Positions 42,891 through 58,139 are shown, numbered from the stretch's first letter. The stretch: DNA of 64,000 nucleotides from Selaginella moellendorffii (GCF_000143415.4 NW_003314382.1:366105-430104); one strand, 5' to 3'. Numbers and translations: made by a program. Notes: a model not told the origin generated them from the letters alone.

Positions 42891-45800
42891 AGGCACAGCT
42901 ACAAGAAGATCCTCCTCCAAGAATTCCTCCTCACAAAACTCTCTGGAGAGCACAGCCGCCGATGGAAGTAAATGGTCTCATCCGCCATAGCCAACCCTCG
43001 CGGGCAGTGCATATAGAAAGCGAGGGAAGGCCCTGCCACATCGTGGCCGTTGCTACCACCAATCGGACGGTGGGCAGCAGTAAAACCCTCCTGCCCGCAC
43101 CGTCGGATTCAGCCATTTACTCGACGGGTCCCCGTTGCCGGGATGGACGCGCCAGATGCGCCGCCCAGGGCAATCCAACGGCGGCATTCCATGCCAAGTG
43201 GAGCCCCGCGGCCGTGGCAACTTGGGGGCGAATTTCGGTCCGTCGATATCGCCCAGATCCAACCGTCAGAAACAACTCGCATGCAAGGTTTGTACCGCGC
43301 GGGAAATGGCGCGCTCCCCCCTGGGCTTGTAAAATATGCTAGATACGTACATTTATCAATGTATGGGTTTTAAATTCCCCTTGTCGTGGCCGCTCTCCCC
43401 CCCAGGGCATCTCTCCTCGCATATCCCGACGTAATATTCGCAGAATAGTTCCCTCTCAAGCACAAGAACCCAAAAGTATGGCCTTTTTAGATAGATCTCG
43501 CGAACTATGTAAAATATTCTGGCAAACACCACACCACAAGTGCCGCTCCCAAGGTTCGAGCCCGGTGTCTCGCCCATGGAACACAAAATCTGACTAAAGA
43601 GATAACCTTGTCGGGGCGATAATCGTCCTTTATATCTTTCACCCCGCCACCCCGGATAGAAAAAAGAGTAACATAGTTTCACAGACAGGGTCACATGCGT
43701 GGCCCAAGCTCTAGATTCCGGGTCGCGGTAAATATTCTATAAACCCAAAACACGACCATCTTTTTCTGCCGCTGCGCTTGTTTATCCCGTTGAGTAATGT
43801 TATGGTACTAGCCGCATGTGGGGTGTCACCATCGAGAGAGAGAAAACTGGCCTCTTGGGTGACAGCGAGGTCTCGGTCCATCGCGGTTTCGTTCAAACGC
43901 GGGATATTCCAGGAAATTAGGGTTTGCGGGTTTGACCGAGAAAGAAGACCGGCTTTTTTGTTTACCGTCAAGAAGAGGGTCCAATCCAATCCAGCAGAAT
44001 GGAATTCTTAGATTGCCCTTCTTAGAGTGGTCTTTCTGGGTTATTACCCGTATAAAGTTTTGGATTGAGAGATAAATCACAAGCTTCCAGGAGTTGATCT
44101 TCTTTGAATTTAGACTTCGCAAGTGCAAGCAAGTCCAAGCAAAGCTACAGTGGGATGGGTTGCCAAAACTTGGGATGTTTGTATGTTTTCCTGTTCCTGG
44201 AACTGACAAAAATGGGGAGCGCAATCAAGATTTTTGCTTGTACGCGTATTCTCTCAATCATACAACCCCAAACACCATACCAGTAGGAAGAATGCCAGCA
44301 ACAACCGCAACATACCCGTCAGAGCGCTTTGAATGTTATGCAGGTTTGCCCCGGCCGTATGGATAGGCAGGTAGAGAGATGTTTTTGGAAGTATATACCA
44401 ACAATCTCCATCGCCCTAACTACCACCAAATACATGTATATAATATGCACTCGCCACCTTTCTTGTGTATGAATTGGAAGGAAAGGTGGCACCAGCGCTA
44501 TGGAACATGGGAGAGTGGTGTCAACTTTGCAGCTGCAGCTTCTGCTGCTGCCAGGAGGCCCCATTTCATCCATCAACTTTTGCGCTCAGGGGTTTTAGGG
44601 CGTTTTCGTTCTCGGCAGCAAGCAACGAGAATGCCGCTGCTGGAGGAATGAATGTGTCTTGTGAAATTTGTGGTGCTAGACAAGGATAGATTGGAAATTT
44701 TAAGAGCATGGAAAATGATAGGGGCATTATTTACCACAGGCAGAGTGTGGCCATTTATTGGCGGCGAGTGTAACGCGCCCAAGCGACTGGTCGTGCCTGG
44801 CACGTGGCAGGGTGCTACTGGCTCCAGGTGGCAGGTTTAAGTTGACCGCGGTCGCCGCGACAACCGCGCGGTAGCACTCGTACGGCTTAGGGCTGGTTTT
44901 TTAAGTTGATGAGAGCTCGTGAATCTTTTGATAAAACAAGGAGCATCGAGGGAAGGGAAAGACAAAGAATGCCCTTCTTTGTTATTGTATCGCCTTCCAG
45001 CCGCTTGGTGTTGACCGTCTAGTCCATCCAATTCTACTTCTTGAATCCCACCTTTCTCTCCTTTCAACGCCGCGAATTTGTACAAAATCCCAAATCTTTG
45101 CGTACCGCCACCTTTGCCACCAAAAGCCCAAAGCGTCTCTGTACGCCTACCATAGATACATCGAGACAATATACAAGCAAATCTCTGTCTGAAGCTCCCA
45201 ACGAGGGGAGAAAAACTATCCATTTCGGAGGTCTAAAGCTAAGCATTTATATCCCAAGATCGCGCAGTCCCAGTCATCTTCGCAACAGCGAGCTGGCTGG
45301 CTCGCGAGACTTGACCACGGCAAAAGCTCGACTTAAAATCTCTTTGCGGCACACTTGGGCGAGGAAGCCGGCGAGGAAGCCCGATCCATGGGATTCTCGG
45401 ATCTCGCAGCTTGAATCCGGGGATTTATTAAACCGCGCCCCAAAGTCTCCCTCAAAGGGAGAGTTCCGGAGGAGACGCATCAACACCACCACCATCTTCT
45501 ATATTGCTTGATTTTCTATCAAACTAGTTATTCTAAAGGTGGTGCACCCGTGTGCGTGCGTGGTATAATGCATAGCATTTTGTATAATTCCCTTGCTTTC
45601 GCTTTGCTTGCGCTACCAGGTTATTAGCTTCTTGGTTGTTTAAATAAAGTTTTACATTCCTTAGCTGAATGCCTTTATCTTTTATAAATTTAGCACTTGA
45701 TTAACTAGAGTTTGTATTCTTCCTTGCTATGGCTTTCATTTTTGCATTTGGTGCACCAAATCTTTTATTTGAAATTGATTTGCAATTTGAAACTTCTTAA

Positions 45801-46299
45801 ATGATTAATTTCCTAGTGGAGGTCAGACGAGGAAGAAGATGGTCGCTGGTGGGAAGGGACGATAACTCAGGTGAAGGCAAAGTCGCCCGAGTTTCCATAC
45901 AGCAGGACATGTGACCGGCATTTTGATTTGATTAAACCCTAATCAGTCAAAGGTTTGACCGGCTTATCCATTCACGTACATCCCCATCGCATGGCATGCA
46001 AGCGTACATCCAGTATCATCATCGCGCATATAGCACGCAGGGCTACGTGGCGTGTGCCCATGGCCTCCGTGACAGGCATTCATGTCGCCTGGCCCTAGAT
46101 ACTAGGGGCCCACTTTCGGGACACGCGCGCCCTACCACCTTTCCCTTCCCGCGCAAAACTAAAAGACCTAAAACAAATATTCGTCGAATCCTTCCAGCTT
46201 TAAAAGCCAGCCCACAAAAGTGTCGAGATGGGCTACAAGTGGGATTTTTTTGTCCGAAGGTTGTACACCATGTGGACAAAGAATTTGACTTAACGCACA

Positions 46300-48677
46300 C
46301 TATCTCTGGCTCTCTTTCTTTCGCTTTATCGTCTTCTCGCAACTGTTTTTTTCCTCTTTTTTTTTCTCGAGCAAGCTCTTGCGCGGCTCTGCGGCTCCTG
46401 CTGCTGCTTTGGAACTAACATTTTTTTTCTCTTTTGCGGCAGGCTTCTTTGCGCTGTAAGGGTACTCGGACGGTGCATGCCACAGGCCCCAAAGTATGGC
46501 GAGATGACAAGCGAGCAGTACCAGCGACGAGGTTGCGGTAGATGGATAAACATTCCAAACGCTTTCGATGAGGATCAAGAGGAGCAGCCTGGAAAAGCAA
46601 AGAGATTTCCATCAGAGTATCAAAACAACGCACTTCGTGACACCGGTCCTGGGGATGGCAATTACTTTACCACTGCGCACCCCCCCGTCATTTACCTCAC
46701 TGGAGTCGGCAAAGGCGCCTTCCAAAGTAGATATGGCAAGCTATAAAAGTACCTGACAAAATCACGGGCCACAACACAAATGTGTTCTGCCTATATGGCT
46801 CATCAAAGTCAAATCGGCATACCAGGAGTAGAACTGGTAGTGAAGGGAGCGCGCAGCAATTATGCCAATAAAATTTCCAGTGAAGAGGACTCCCACGACA
46901 TCTGTACCGGTTTTGTCAATACGAATCAAATCAATCAATATACCGAGAGGGAATTCAAGTTGAAAGCATACGTTCTTGGCCTAGCGTCTGTCGCCGCGGC
47001 AAGCTCCAAGCCTTGCTCCATAACGACAACCGCTTCCCGCTCCTTCGCAGCATTGTTTGTATCCCAGATGCTGCTGCCATACCCTTCTCGTGCCTGCATT
47101 AACCATGGGAAGCCATTTAACGTCAAGCCTGAGTCTTATGCTACGGCAACCAAAATTACTTGCACCACTTGCGCTGGGAGAAGAGGAACAGCAAGCCTAC
47201 GTGCAGTACCATCAAGAGGAGAGCGAAGATTTTTGATACGAAAAATCTCTCTGGAACAAACTTGAAGTTCACGGACCTGAAAAAGAGGGAAAAAAAACAC
47301 AACACAACTCCAATATCTGAAAAGTGCACAAGGCAGGCAGATGACCGTACCAGAAGTGAATAAAGACGCGACCCAAATTAAAAGCCCTTGAAATATATGC
47401 TGCAGGGTACGTTGTCAAGAAGGGGAGTCCTAGGAAAACCTGATAACAAAGTCGTTAATGAGGGCTTTTTTAGTTAGAGCCAAACCAAAATCCAACCTGT
47501 ATAAGTGCTGCCACCATCAGAGCGACAAAAACACCGCCGAGTGATAGAGCCTGCAAACAAAAAAAAAGTAAGATAAAGCAGCCCGACAGAAGCTTTACTT
47601 ACTTTACACAGGAGCAGCAGAAGCGAGGGAGCATACAGGAGCACGCTCATCTTAACCGAGACGGCAAGACTGCGGAAAAGCTGGTTTGAGAATGAACAAA
47701 CACGAACAGATTCGATTCATACCTGAACACAGCCATACCGACATACCACCATTGTGACATGAAGAGGGCGATAGAAGCATGCGCGAGAGTGATCGCCACA
47801 CAGTCATTGAATAGGCGAAGGACAAAGATGGAATGTAGTCGCTTTGATAAAGTCAGAAGGAAAATCGCCCACCAAGGAACCTACTGCACAATTCACATTC
47901 AGAGAAAGTACGTTACACACGCAGTGCCACCAAATTTGACCAACACTCACCACGCGAGTTCTCACGTAAATTGAAAGAACCAGACCCAGGTTCACCAAGT
48001 AAAGAAGCGCAAAGATAACCTGAAGAAAGACTCAATTTCAAGAGAAAGATGAAAAACAAGGAGGCAGCAAACCTGAGCAGAAGAAACTGCTCCACCAGTG
48101 AGGTATTGTATAGCCGAGTAAACATACAGAAACCCTGCCGGGTAGACCAAAGGTCCAGTGTCGCCTCTGAGCTCCTCGTAGTTTCTTTCGCCAGACAGAA
48201 ATCCAAACACCTAAAAAACATCATCAAACATGAAGAACATTTTTTCCTTTCTCTCAAGCTCACCTGTGCCATGTACGCATCCCAGTCGATCTTCGTGTCT
48301 AAAATGAATAGGAAAAGCAAGATTCGTGAATCGGAAAAAACAAATCAAGCAAAAGAGTGCCACGAAAAATGCCCTCAGATCTCATAGCTATAAGAGCATC
48401 AAGCGAGCGGTTTTCTTCGCAGACACTCCGAGTAGTGGGAATCAAAAACAGCACCGGCAGCAGCAAGCAGCGTACAAGCAATAGAGGGGAGGGAAGGAGT
48501 GCCTGCTTTGCCGCTCTAGGTCAGCTCAAATGTTTGTGCATCACCGGGCGATCGATCGATCGATCGAGGACAAAGATCAGTGAACTTACATGAGACATTC
48601 TTGACAACCAGAGCGGTGAGTACCGAATCAAACGCGAAGGCGACGAGCGCCACGATCAGGCAGGGCCGCCATTCCAT
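46300..48677 (-). CDS. ALG3: Dol-P-Man:Man5GlcNAc2-PP-Dol alpha-1,3-mannosyltransferase, multi-exon
   Basis: [74 protein letters not shown]; many short GT-AG introns. Confidence 0.93.
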
Positions 48678-48983
48678 GACCAACCCTAAAACCTACCAAA
48701 ACCTAAAATTCTAGAACCCTGCGATTATAGTTTAAAAATAAACACAAAGTTGTCTGAAAATCAGATAAGAAGTCGGCATAGCGTTATGGAAGAATGGGAC
48801 CACCAAAGTGGTGCACTAGACGAAAAGCGAGACGATTCTATTTCCTGCACTTCGCACTTGATCGAAATCGATCATCATCCATCTTAAATTTGCAATGAAC
48901 AGAGCAAATCAATAAAAGAAGAACCTCGTCAACTACAAAAGATTATCACGTTTGTTCAGCAGCGAGCGATCAAACGCACTGTT

Positions 48984-50350
48984 TCATTCGAATCCATTCT
49001 TCTCGCACCTGCAAACCAGAAACAATCAAAAAAGATTATAAGATCTCTTCTTCCTGCCATTGACACACAGTTTGACAGGGCTGGTCGGTAGTTGCTCACA
49101 AGACGCCAATTAACACACACCACGACACAGCCCACCACGAAAAAGAAAGCCACGCAAAGAAAAAAAAATCCAAAAAGCGGAGAGAAAAACACGCAAAATA
49201 GCTATAGGATCTACACCCCAAAAAGAAAGACACGACGAACAAACAAGCTTGCAAGCTATGGCTATGGCTGCTACTAGTCTACTTGCGAGAAAAAAGGAAG
49301 AGCCACTAACCTTGTGTGTTCGTCGTCCACCTTGCCAGCAACTTTGGAAGTGTGCGCCAGCAGCGAGAATCCCCGGCTCAGCTTCTTCCACGACAGATTC
49401 GACTGCAAAGGGCTCGAGCTCATCGCACACTTTTCCTGTGAAGTCCCGGGCGTGATCGTCGTCGTGGGCGATGGCGCCACCCACCCCGTGAGCTCTGGCT
49501 CCACAAACACTGCCGACTTCATGTCGATCTGAGCTATCCGGACAGCTCCCATGAGCCGCTCCGGCAATTCATCCTCGCTCTGCGACTCCACCAGGAAGGC
49601 CATGTCCACCGAGACCGAGTTGACGTAGCCGAGAGCCAAGTGTAAGATGTAGCTAGCGACCGTGGAGGAGCCGATGTCTACGTCGATCTCCAGGTAGTTC
49701 GGGCCTCTCCAGTAGCGACAAGTGAGAGCTCGGCCGAGCAAGCACGCCGCGTGGTTGCCGACCGCCGCGCGGACGATCCAGGGGCCCTTGACGATCCGGT
49801 TGATGAGCTTGAATCGGCCGTTCCGGAACTCATCGTCCCCGTGGATGAACTTGTGGAGCAGCGAGCCGGGCACGATGGGCTGCTCCACCGCGTAGTAGAA
49901 CACCGCGCTGTGGTTGTCTCTCCCGGGAACTTGGAGGTTGATCGCCAGGAGGAAAGTCTTGAGACCATCCCCGGATCTGTGAGCTTGTTCTAGCGACTTG
50001 ACGATCCGGTTGCCGGAGCTTCTTCCCAGGATGTGGTCGAGCCTGGCCGAGGAGCGCAGCCAATCCACGCCGACTGGCTTGGAGAGCCAGTCACCCGCAG
50101 GAACCTTGGATTTCTTCGCGAAGTAGTTTGCTCCCCGGACCTGGAAGAGATTTCCTGGAGGAGATGCCCAGCCGCGGCTCCCCCGCTCTAAATCAACCTC
50201 TTTGAGAGATCCCCCGCGCCGAGCCTCGCACGTCCAATCCAGAAAGTCCTCCTCCTCCTCGCTGCTTGCCACGGAGCTGCTCGTCTGCGAGGAGCTTGTC
50301 GGTGGGCTGGACAGATCCTCGTCATCGTCTGGCCGGCAATGCAAATTCAT
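48984..50350 (-). CDS. EDR2-like protein (DUF1336 / EDR2 C-terminal domain)
   Basis: WASPPGNLFQVRGANYF..K, VDW, INLQVPG, FRNGRFKLINRIVKGPWIVR, YLEIDVDIGSS, ELPERLMGAVR. Last exon 49008-48984 inferred; the unspliced stop is at 49274. Confidence 0.88.
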
Positions 50351-53300
50351 GATCCCGAGAGCCAGTGGAGCTGGAGCTCTCTCCTCCTGGACGCTGGAAG
50401 ATCAAAGGGAAGAAATCAGCCCTTGAGGATGGAAATTCAAGGAAGGGTAGGGTCGCAGGAAGAAGAAGAAGAAGACGAAGAGGGCGGGCAGTACCTTTGG
50501 GCCCTAGAAACGCGCGGTCCAGGAGCTAAATTCGCCTCCACGACCGCGACCTCGCCGCCGCCACGTCGATGGATCACTCTGTCGTAAGCGCGATCCGATT
50601 GTTCTACTGCCGGTGAATCCCAGGATGCCAAAATCGATCAGGACGCGGGAGGTAGGGAGGAAATACCGACAGATTTAGAAGCGCGGAGACGTCGCAATCG
50701 GGGACGGGAGCCTGCGCGCCTTCGTGCTCCTTTCAACGCCATAGCCAGCAACACATGGAAATTGAATGGAGGTTTTGTTTGGTTTATATATATGGGGTTT
50801 TTCTTTGCACAATTTTCTTCAGTGGTCGGAAAGAAGAAATATGATTCACGTTGATTTTTGAAGGAATCTGTTTTAGTTGGGCTGACTCATAATTGCACAA
50901 GCTACATAACTTGATTCTTAAGCTTTATGAAGTATTAAAATGCTATACTTAAACTTTTGTTTATCAATGCAGAAGGTCATTGTGAGCTGCTGATGTTCTT
51001 AAAGTTTTCTAGGTAACATATACACAAGAGTCCTAAGAAAGAAATAGAAGAGAAATTTTATACAAAAGTTATCTAAGAAGTTACCTCTCCTAGAAGTTTG
51101 CTGGGGGATTCCGTAATCAGGTCAGGTTGAGCTTATAAGAATTTGCTTGAAAATTTACTTCCCAAACCCTGAATAATGAATTGATTCACAAAAAGTGCAA
51201 ATACATGTTGAATCAATTTTCAAACTAGTTGATTAAGAATATTTCTATGGTTTGTGTCAACTCCCATAAACAAGCTTTGATGGAGTGGTGCTATATTTAA
51301 GTCCCATGAGGTTCATTAAGCATGTTTTCCTTCTAAGGTCCAAAATAGAAATGTATATGAGGTTTGAGATTTAGAGGGTTTTATAAACAAGTTTTATTCT
51401 CCCAATAGACATTAGAAATCTGGAGACTTGGCAAAATTTGTTACTTGTGTTTGCAAGAAATATATCCAATCTTTAAGTTTTCTATCCGAGAAAGGGGGAT
51501 TGGGAAAAATAATTTAGAAATCCATTGAAGAAATAGTTAACACATTATTTCTTGTGTATTTCTTATGTAGTGAGTAATTGAAATTAGGTACAATCAAGTA
51601 AGAGTTGGTATAATAGGAGTGACTTTAGCAAGGGAATTTAACTATACCTAAGACAAAGGTGGCAGACAAATAAATTGCAAAAGGAAAATTTATGGTGTAC
51701 AATTTGATTAAAGTTTTTTTCATAATTCTAGTGAATGATATAAACAAATCACTACAAAATGGGTAAAGGCAAAGACATGACTGTTTATGGAGCTTTTGGT
51801 CAAACAAGAAGTAATGGATAAAGAATCCATCTATAAGAAGGATTCTAATGAGGAAACTTCTAAACTTGAATTTGGTGATGAAATTCTATTGTTAAAGGCT
51901 TAGTTAGATGCTTTTGAAGAACAATTAGCCAAGAATAGAGACTTTCATATGTAAGTTAAAGTGTGACAAGAAACAAATGCTCTAACCTAATCTAAACACC
52001 TAAAAAAATGCCCTATATATTTGGGACCATTGAAAGTGTTGAGCTATGGGTTGGAACATTTAAAAAAAGATAGATAGAGGTACAAAAGTAGTAGGCATTT
52101 ATGGCTGGCTAGGGATATTGGCAAATTCTAAATGTACTTGAAATCATTGAGTTCCCCCAACCAACCATAAAGTTCTTACCTTTACTAACTACAATCTTAT
52201 ACCTAGGATTTTTATAAGACTCTTATTTGTCCTTAACTAAGTTACTTGTAGATACCACACCCTTAAGTGCCAACTCTAGTATTTGTTCTCCTTATCCTTA
52301 ATATCTTTTACCATGTAGAGTTCTACCACTATTATTTGTCCATTTAACAATAGATCTCAAAAGAACACCTCTATTTTGCACAGAATTTAGTTGTTGCCAT
52401 CCCTATTTAGATCGAAACTTGATTTAACTTCTTGTTAAGACAATAGTAATTATTTCTTATGCCAACTATTGGTTAGCATAGCGCTATAGTGTTCACACAC
52501 AACTTTTGGCCAAAGTTGCTTTCTTCCATAAACCCTTTCAAATTTTTTATGGACAAAACTCAAATTCCACCTTGCATATATTACAAGACTTCTAAATGCA
52601 TTTACTCAATTCCCCTTCCGGACGTGGCATAGGCTAAGGTCAAAAAATACCCAAGGACATTCATAAATTTGGAAGTGGGTGGTGATTGACATCTATTGTA
52701 AAACATGAAGATCCAGATAAATCTAGAAATAGAAGAGAGGAGTCTATTGAGTCAACTCCATCAGAAAATTAAGGAAGTGTTGGGAGAGGAGGTGCTTATA
52801 AGTAATAGGTAATTATACAACAGGCTATGATAGACTAAGTGTCAATAGCCAAGAAGTTATAAAGGTTCTTTTTGAAATCAATCTTGTTACTACATAACTT
52901 GAATGTTGGTTGAGTCAAAGGAAGATTTGTGGCAAATGACTAAGCAAGCTTTAGGCATGTTTTGCTAAGGGGCATTTATGAAACTTTATTGAGATAAAGA
53001 GAGACTTTGAAGAACTATTACTTACCATGCAAGACCATGTTGATGTTGATGGAATAATGCAAAAATGTCAAGTGGCATTGAATTCATTCTACATAATTTT
53101 TTTGCAAATCCCCACTCTCAAAATTGACTTTAGGTGGTTTGGCCTAAATTATCATAACCCTTTATTGTTGCTTGGGATCTCTGTAATTGCTTTGGGATTG
53201 AGTATGAAACACCAAAGCCCACTCCTATTGCAGAAGCCTCTTTTATTGTAGCCACTTTGGTATAAGAGAAATTTGTGTTATTGATCAAAGTGTAAATGAG

Positions 53301-54689
53301 GCAAAATACTTGTATTTAGTTTGGATCTTTAATTAGGATTAGTCAAGCTGGCCCAATTAATTTGACTATTCTGGAGGCAAAAGCTCAATGTCATGAGCTT
53401 ATGAGGAGTTTACTTAGGGATTGGAGTGTCAAACTTGAGTTGATATAAATGAGGAGGAGTGTGCATATGAGTTTCTAACAATAGATAGAAATTTATAGAT
53501 AACTTATTGTGATTGAGCCATGTATTACCACTTGATAGCTCAACTTGGAAAGTGCAAAAGTGTTGCCATGGACTCCATTACCCCCTTAGCATTGATCCTA
53601 CCCATGCAGCTTTGGAGGAGCCACAAATGGCATAGGCACAACATGTAAAACCCTCAAATAAAGAGCCTTAGCTTGAAAAAGAAGTGATGCTAATGTCAAA
53701 TTCATACTCATAAAACTCTTAAGGCCATTGGATTTCCCCAAGAGCTATAAAGACTATAAAAACCCTATGGTGAGGGCATCAAGGCACTAAAACATGTTGT
53801 AGCCCTAGATGCCATGCAAAGAGATTCCTAGAAAACAATATTGGCAACTCTCACACATGACAATTTAGTTCAAGGTGTTTGCATGGGATGTTACAAGCCT
53901 TAAGATAACTCCTCTCACACTCTAAAACACACTAGAAATCCCAACTCAAGACACAAGTTCTAAAACACACTTCTAAAGATCACTGTTAAACATTATTAAA
54001 TATAGAAGCATTGAAGAAGCATGGACCATTTTTGAGCTTACAAGTTAAAGAGTTAAGTTGAGCTCAATTTTTAATTATTGTTTAATATAGACTTTAAAAT
54101 ATTAAGATTATGGCAAATCTAATATTTTCATAACTCTCTGTATATTATATAGATAAAAATATTCTAAAAGACACTTCTTGTTCAAACAATTTAAATATTT
54201 ACTATATGCCACAATAGAGAGGTTGGTTTGAATATAAAATAAGATAATATTTATTTACAGAAAAAGTAATTTGTACTATATGCTATTTGGCTTTTAAATG
54301 TCAAGTGTTTCAGAATTTAAAAATTATTAAATTTGAAATAAGATTTTTTTTGTAAGGCCATATAACATTTAAAAGGGAAAAAATAACCATTATAAACTTA
54401 TTGCATATAAAAGAGAGACTTGATTCTTCTCTAGAATAAAATCTTGAGGGGTTTGTTATAGCATAGTGTTTAGAATTTATGAATCTTCACTTATACTCTT
54501 ATTTGAAAAGAGGGAAATACATATAAATGTTTGTAGGATCTAGTATTAATAATTTTAACTTTTGCAATTTTCTTCCTAGGGTAGTAAGTCAAAGGTTAGG
54601 AGCTACAATAGTCGTCCCATTGTATAGCACAACGAAATTATATAAGAAAAAGAATGATCATAAGTTGGAGATAAATGCAATGATAGAGG

Positions 54690-55100
54690 GTGCAATAAAT
54701 TGGGTGGAAAAGAATACCTTCCTACTTGTCCTAGATTGAGCCACCTCAAGTGGCTGATAAAGAGTGATGAAGAGAGTGCATCATAATATGTTGAAATCAC
54801 TTACCATTGTATGGAGCTGAACAATCCACCAAGTGTTAGTAAAATCCAATGTAAAGTGTGTGGAGATGCTTTTAAAGGGCAAATATTATACTTGGATCTA
54901 TAATGACAAATTTACTTTTGTTCCAACCCCATGTTTTTATGAGGAATGAAATTAAGTAGGATTTTTAAGATGGTGCTAGTTGTATTGCTACAACATTAAT
55001 GCCAACTATATGAAGCAGCTTAAAGACACTATAGTGATAAAACTTAATGCAGTACCTAAAGAATGGCTAGTTACTAATGGGGTTGCACTTACCTCTGATG
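54690..55100 (+). mobile_element. Possible decayed hAT-type transposase fragment
   Basis: QCKVCGDAF (BED-finger-like) near 54848 and KEWLVTNGVALTSD (DUF659-like) near 55060, in broken frames. Confidence 0.35.
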
Positions 55101-58100
55101 AAATTGAAAACCTTAAAAAGTCTAGTTTCAACTTGAGAGGAGGAGAGTTAGAGATATGAGTGAAAAAATTGACACTATTCTCTCAAAGATGCATAAAAGG
55201 CCTATAAAAAAAGGTAAAGTAGTTAAATTTATTAGTATTTCTTTAAACAAAAGCAAGGTAAAATATATTTGGCTTAAATGCTTGAGTATAAAATTTTTCC
55301 ACGAAGTACATCATTGCACTTGTAAAGGAGTATATAGTCAAAAGAAAGGGTGGTGAGCACATAATTGCCATTTAAAACTTTCCTTATTACACATGTCCAG
55401 ACTTTACAAAGTGTAAGGAATATAGAAGGCCTATGCTCCTTACAAACATATGTACTAAATCTTCATCAACACCTTACACCATATACACTAGGCAAGCTTT
55501 ACTATTGCTAACTTGTAAAAAACTTTTAAAGCTAACTAGATTTTCCAAGATTATCAATATTTCTTCTTTACTAATAATATAAACTTAGTATATTTTATAT
55601 AATTAATAAAACAAATTTCATAGTAGTCTTTTAGATGCGTGATATTGTAGTATGTCACAAGAATATATATATTATTATACTGATCATCACCATTGTTTCC
55701 ATCCGAAGCTAAAAAACATATAGAGTATTTTTTAAAAGTCACAAAATTGAAATTCAGTATCTTGGAGCAGAATGGTATTTAATACTTTACATACATCCCA
55801 ATGGTGAATTTCTCTAAGAATAAGTATTGGAGTTAGCATTCTTTTGAGGCAAGGAAAGGGAAGGTGAGTCTATACAAAGCATGTCTATTGTAATTTTTAA
55901 AAACATTAACATTTAAGGAAGGAAGATATATAGGAGTAAGGCCTTTTGTTAAGGTGTTACATGATCGAATGAAAAAGAAAGTGACTTCATCAATCCAAAT
56001 AGTGGCAATTATAGTTAAAGAAGTGGTCTATAACACATCTATAGAATACATTCCTTGGGCTTTTATTGGTGACATGAAGATTGTCCGTTTAAAGCGTCAC
56101 TTTTCCTTTTCTAGTAAAGATGTTAGCATAACACTTGGAGCAAAAAGCTCTTACAAACTTGATCTTTAAGTGGTTGGTCCTAATGAAAAAAGTGATATTA
56201 AAAAATAATAAAAAGAGAAGAAAAAAGAAAAACTAACTTGAAAAGAATGATGTCTTCATTAGAACATCCTAACTTCCCACCACCCCAACCACGACTTAAT
56301 TTAGGGTAAGTAGCTTGTGTCCACATGGCCATTTTTACACCACCACATTTAGATTTTGTTTGCCTTTGTTTTATGCTCTTTTTCAGAGGATGTAACTTTA
56401 CACTGTTTGCATAACTCCTTAACACTAATTGAAACTTTGGCTTGATAAGGTGGTAGTGTTGGTTTAGGCTTTAAGCTTAATAGAACTCATAAGTCCTCTT
56501 ACAACCTTCCAAGAATTGACTATTTCCAAAAATTGCTTAGATACCATTCCAATTTGTATTAGCCCTATCTACCATGAAACCACAAAAATTTGCAAGCTTA
56601 TTAATCCATTTTGGCACAATATTAGAAAGAGACTTCCAACATATTTTTTAGGTTATTTGGTTTTGTACTTTAAACTCTACTATCACAATTGTCAAGTTAC
56701 AACATAATCTATGAAAGCAAATATTAAAATCATTTCAATATAATAAAAATAAAAATTACCTTGGATTATACACATAAAATCCCATGGTTAGAAGAATGTA
56801 CATGATAATGTTTGTAAGAGTTCCAAAGGTCAGAAGATAGAATGCCCTTGTGAGTTGGAGCTTCTAAGAAAGAAGACCTCTACACTAGACTAGAAGGAAG
56901 TTGTCAATGTTGGTAATAATAACAATGCTAGTGATGATGGAATCATGTTGATCTCGGGGTAAGAAAAAGTGACTTTTACAAATAAAAGGTGGTAACATAT
57001 ATTTTTGCAGCAATGATTGTTGGTAGCAATTTCATTTTAGCTCAACAAGATGTTTGTGAGGAGGAGTTGGAGGAACTCTCATCAACAATATACTATATGA
57101 TAATAGCATATTATTCATTTTTTTTTTCATTCACTTAGCTCTTCTATAGATGTGTCTTATTTCCCTGATAACACATTAAGGTACTATAGGTGTTTTTATT
57201 GGCTCCTAAAATAGATTGCTAACATCTTTGTCGCAAATGTGATTTCGGGTATCGAAAGATACTTGTCGGCCAGTCCTTACGGACACTCTTTCCTTACTGC
57301 CATGACAGTAGAAGGTCGGTACAGTTGGTTCCCTTTATTGTTCCCACTTGAGCTAGTTGAGAAATTGATCAATGACCGTGTACTTAAATTAGATAAACAT
57401 AAGGTAGGAACCCTATGTGTTTCTTGCTGAGCATACTCGGCCTGGTTTGAGAAACTCCTATCATTGGCTTGCACTTGCTAGTATCAAGGACCCCCACGTA
57501 TGAGACTAGTCCCTCAATATCACTAAATGATAGCTTACCGTGTCTGCCAAACACCCTTGCTATCATGCCCTTAGTGTTAGTCTCATTTCAGTCCTAAATG
57601 CTAATTATGGAAAGTGTCATAACACAATCTTTCATGAAAGATGACATGAACATGGACATGTGGTGCTAGTTCAACTATTTGTGCTGAAAAATACAAATTC
57701 TCTTTGACTTTCTAGATGGTCTTTTAGATATTGATCGGAAAGTTGAGGACTAAAACTTTCTCACACCCGACCACATGTGTGATGCATTCCTCTTGTTGCA
57801 AGTGCTTATGCTTGAAGCTAGCTATGTCTTCATCCTACTGAATGACCTCAATTGGATATATGAGCTTATAATGTGTGTAGCAGAAGTTTGTTTCAAGTCA
57901 TTCTCTTCCAGGTGCATTATAAATCTTATTGGCATTGATACTAGGGGTGTCCAAGGGAAGCCTAAAAAGATGATTACATATTTCATATTTTTATATAACT
58001 TCTAAGCTTTTTTATTTTCTAGGTTATGATGTGAACCTATTATGCCTTCTGCAGAAACACATATAATGGGTTTTGTGATAGTGAGTGTGCAACACATATT

Positions 58101-58139
58101 TTGCCTGGGTATGATAGTTCCACTAACATCATACCCAAC

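Noticed and set aside
42194-45511. Many overlapping 60-230 aa ORFs around and upstream of PLATZ
   Set aside because: Antisense shadows or chance ORFs with no domain signal.
45524-45563. Helitron 3' end on the minus strand
   Set aside because: Hairpin is imperfect, the spacer to CTAG is long and no 5' end was found.
55954-56169. LINE endonuclease remnant (PWAFIGDM)
   Set aside because: A single short motif without supporting neighbours.
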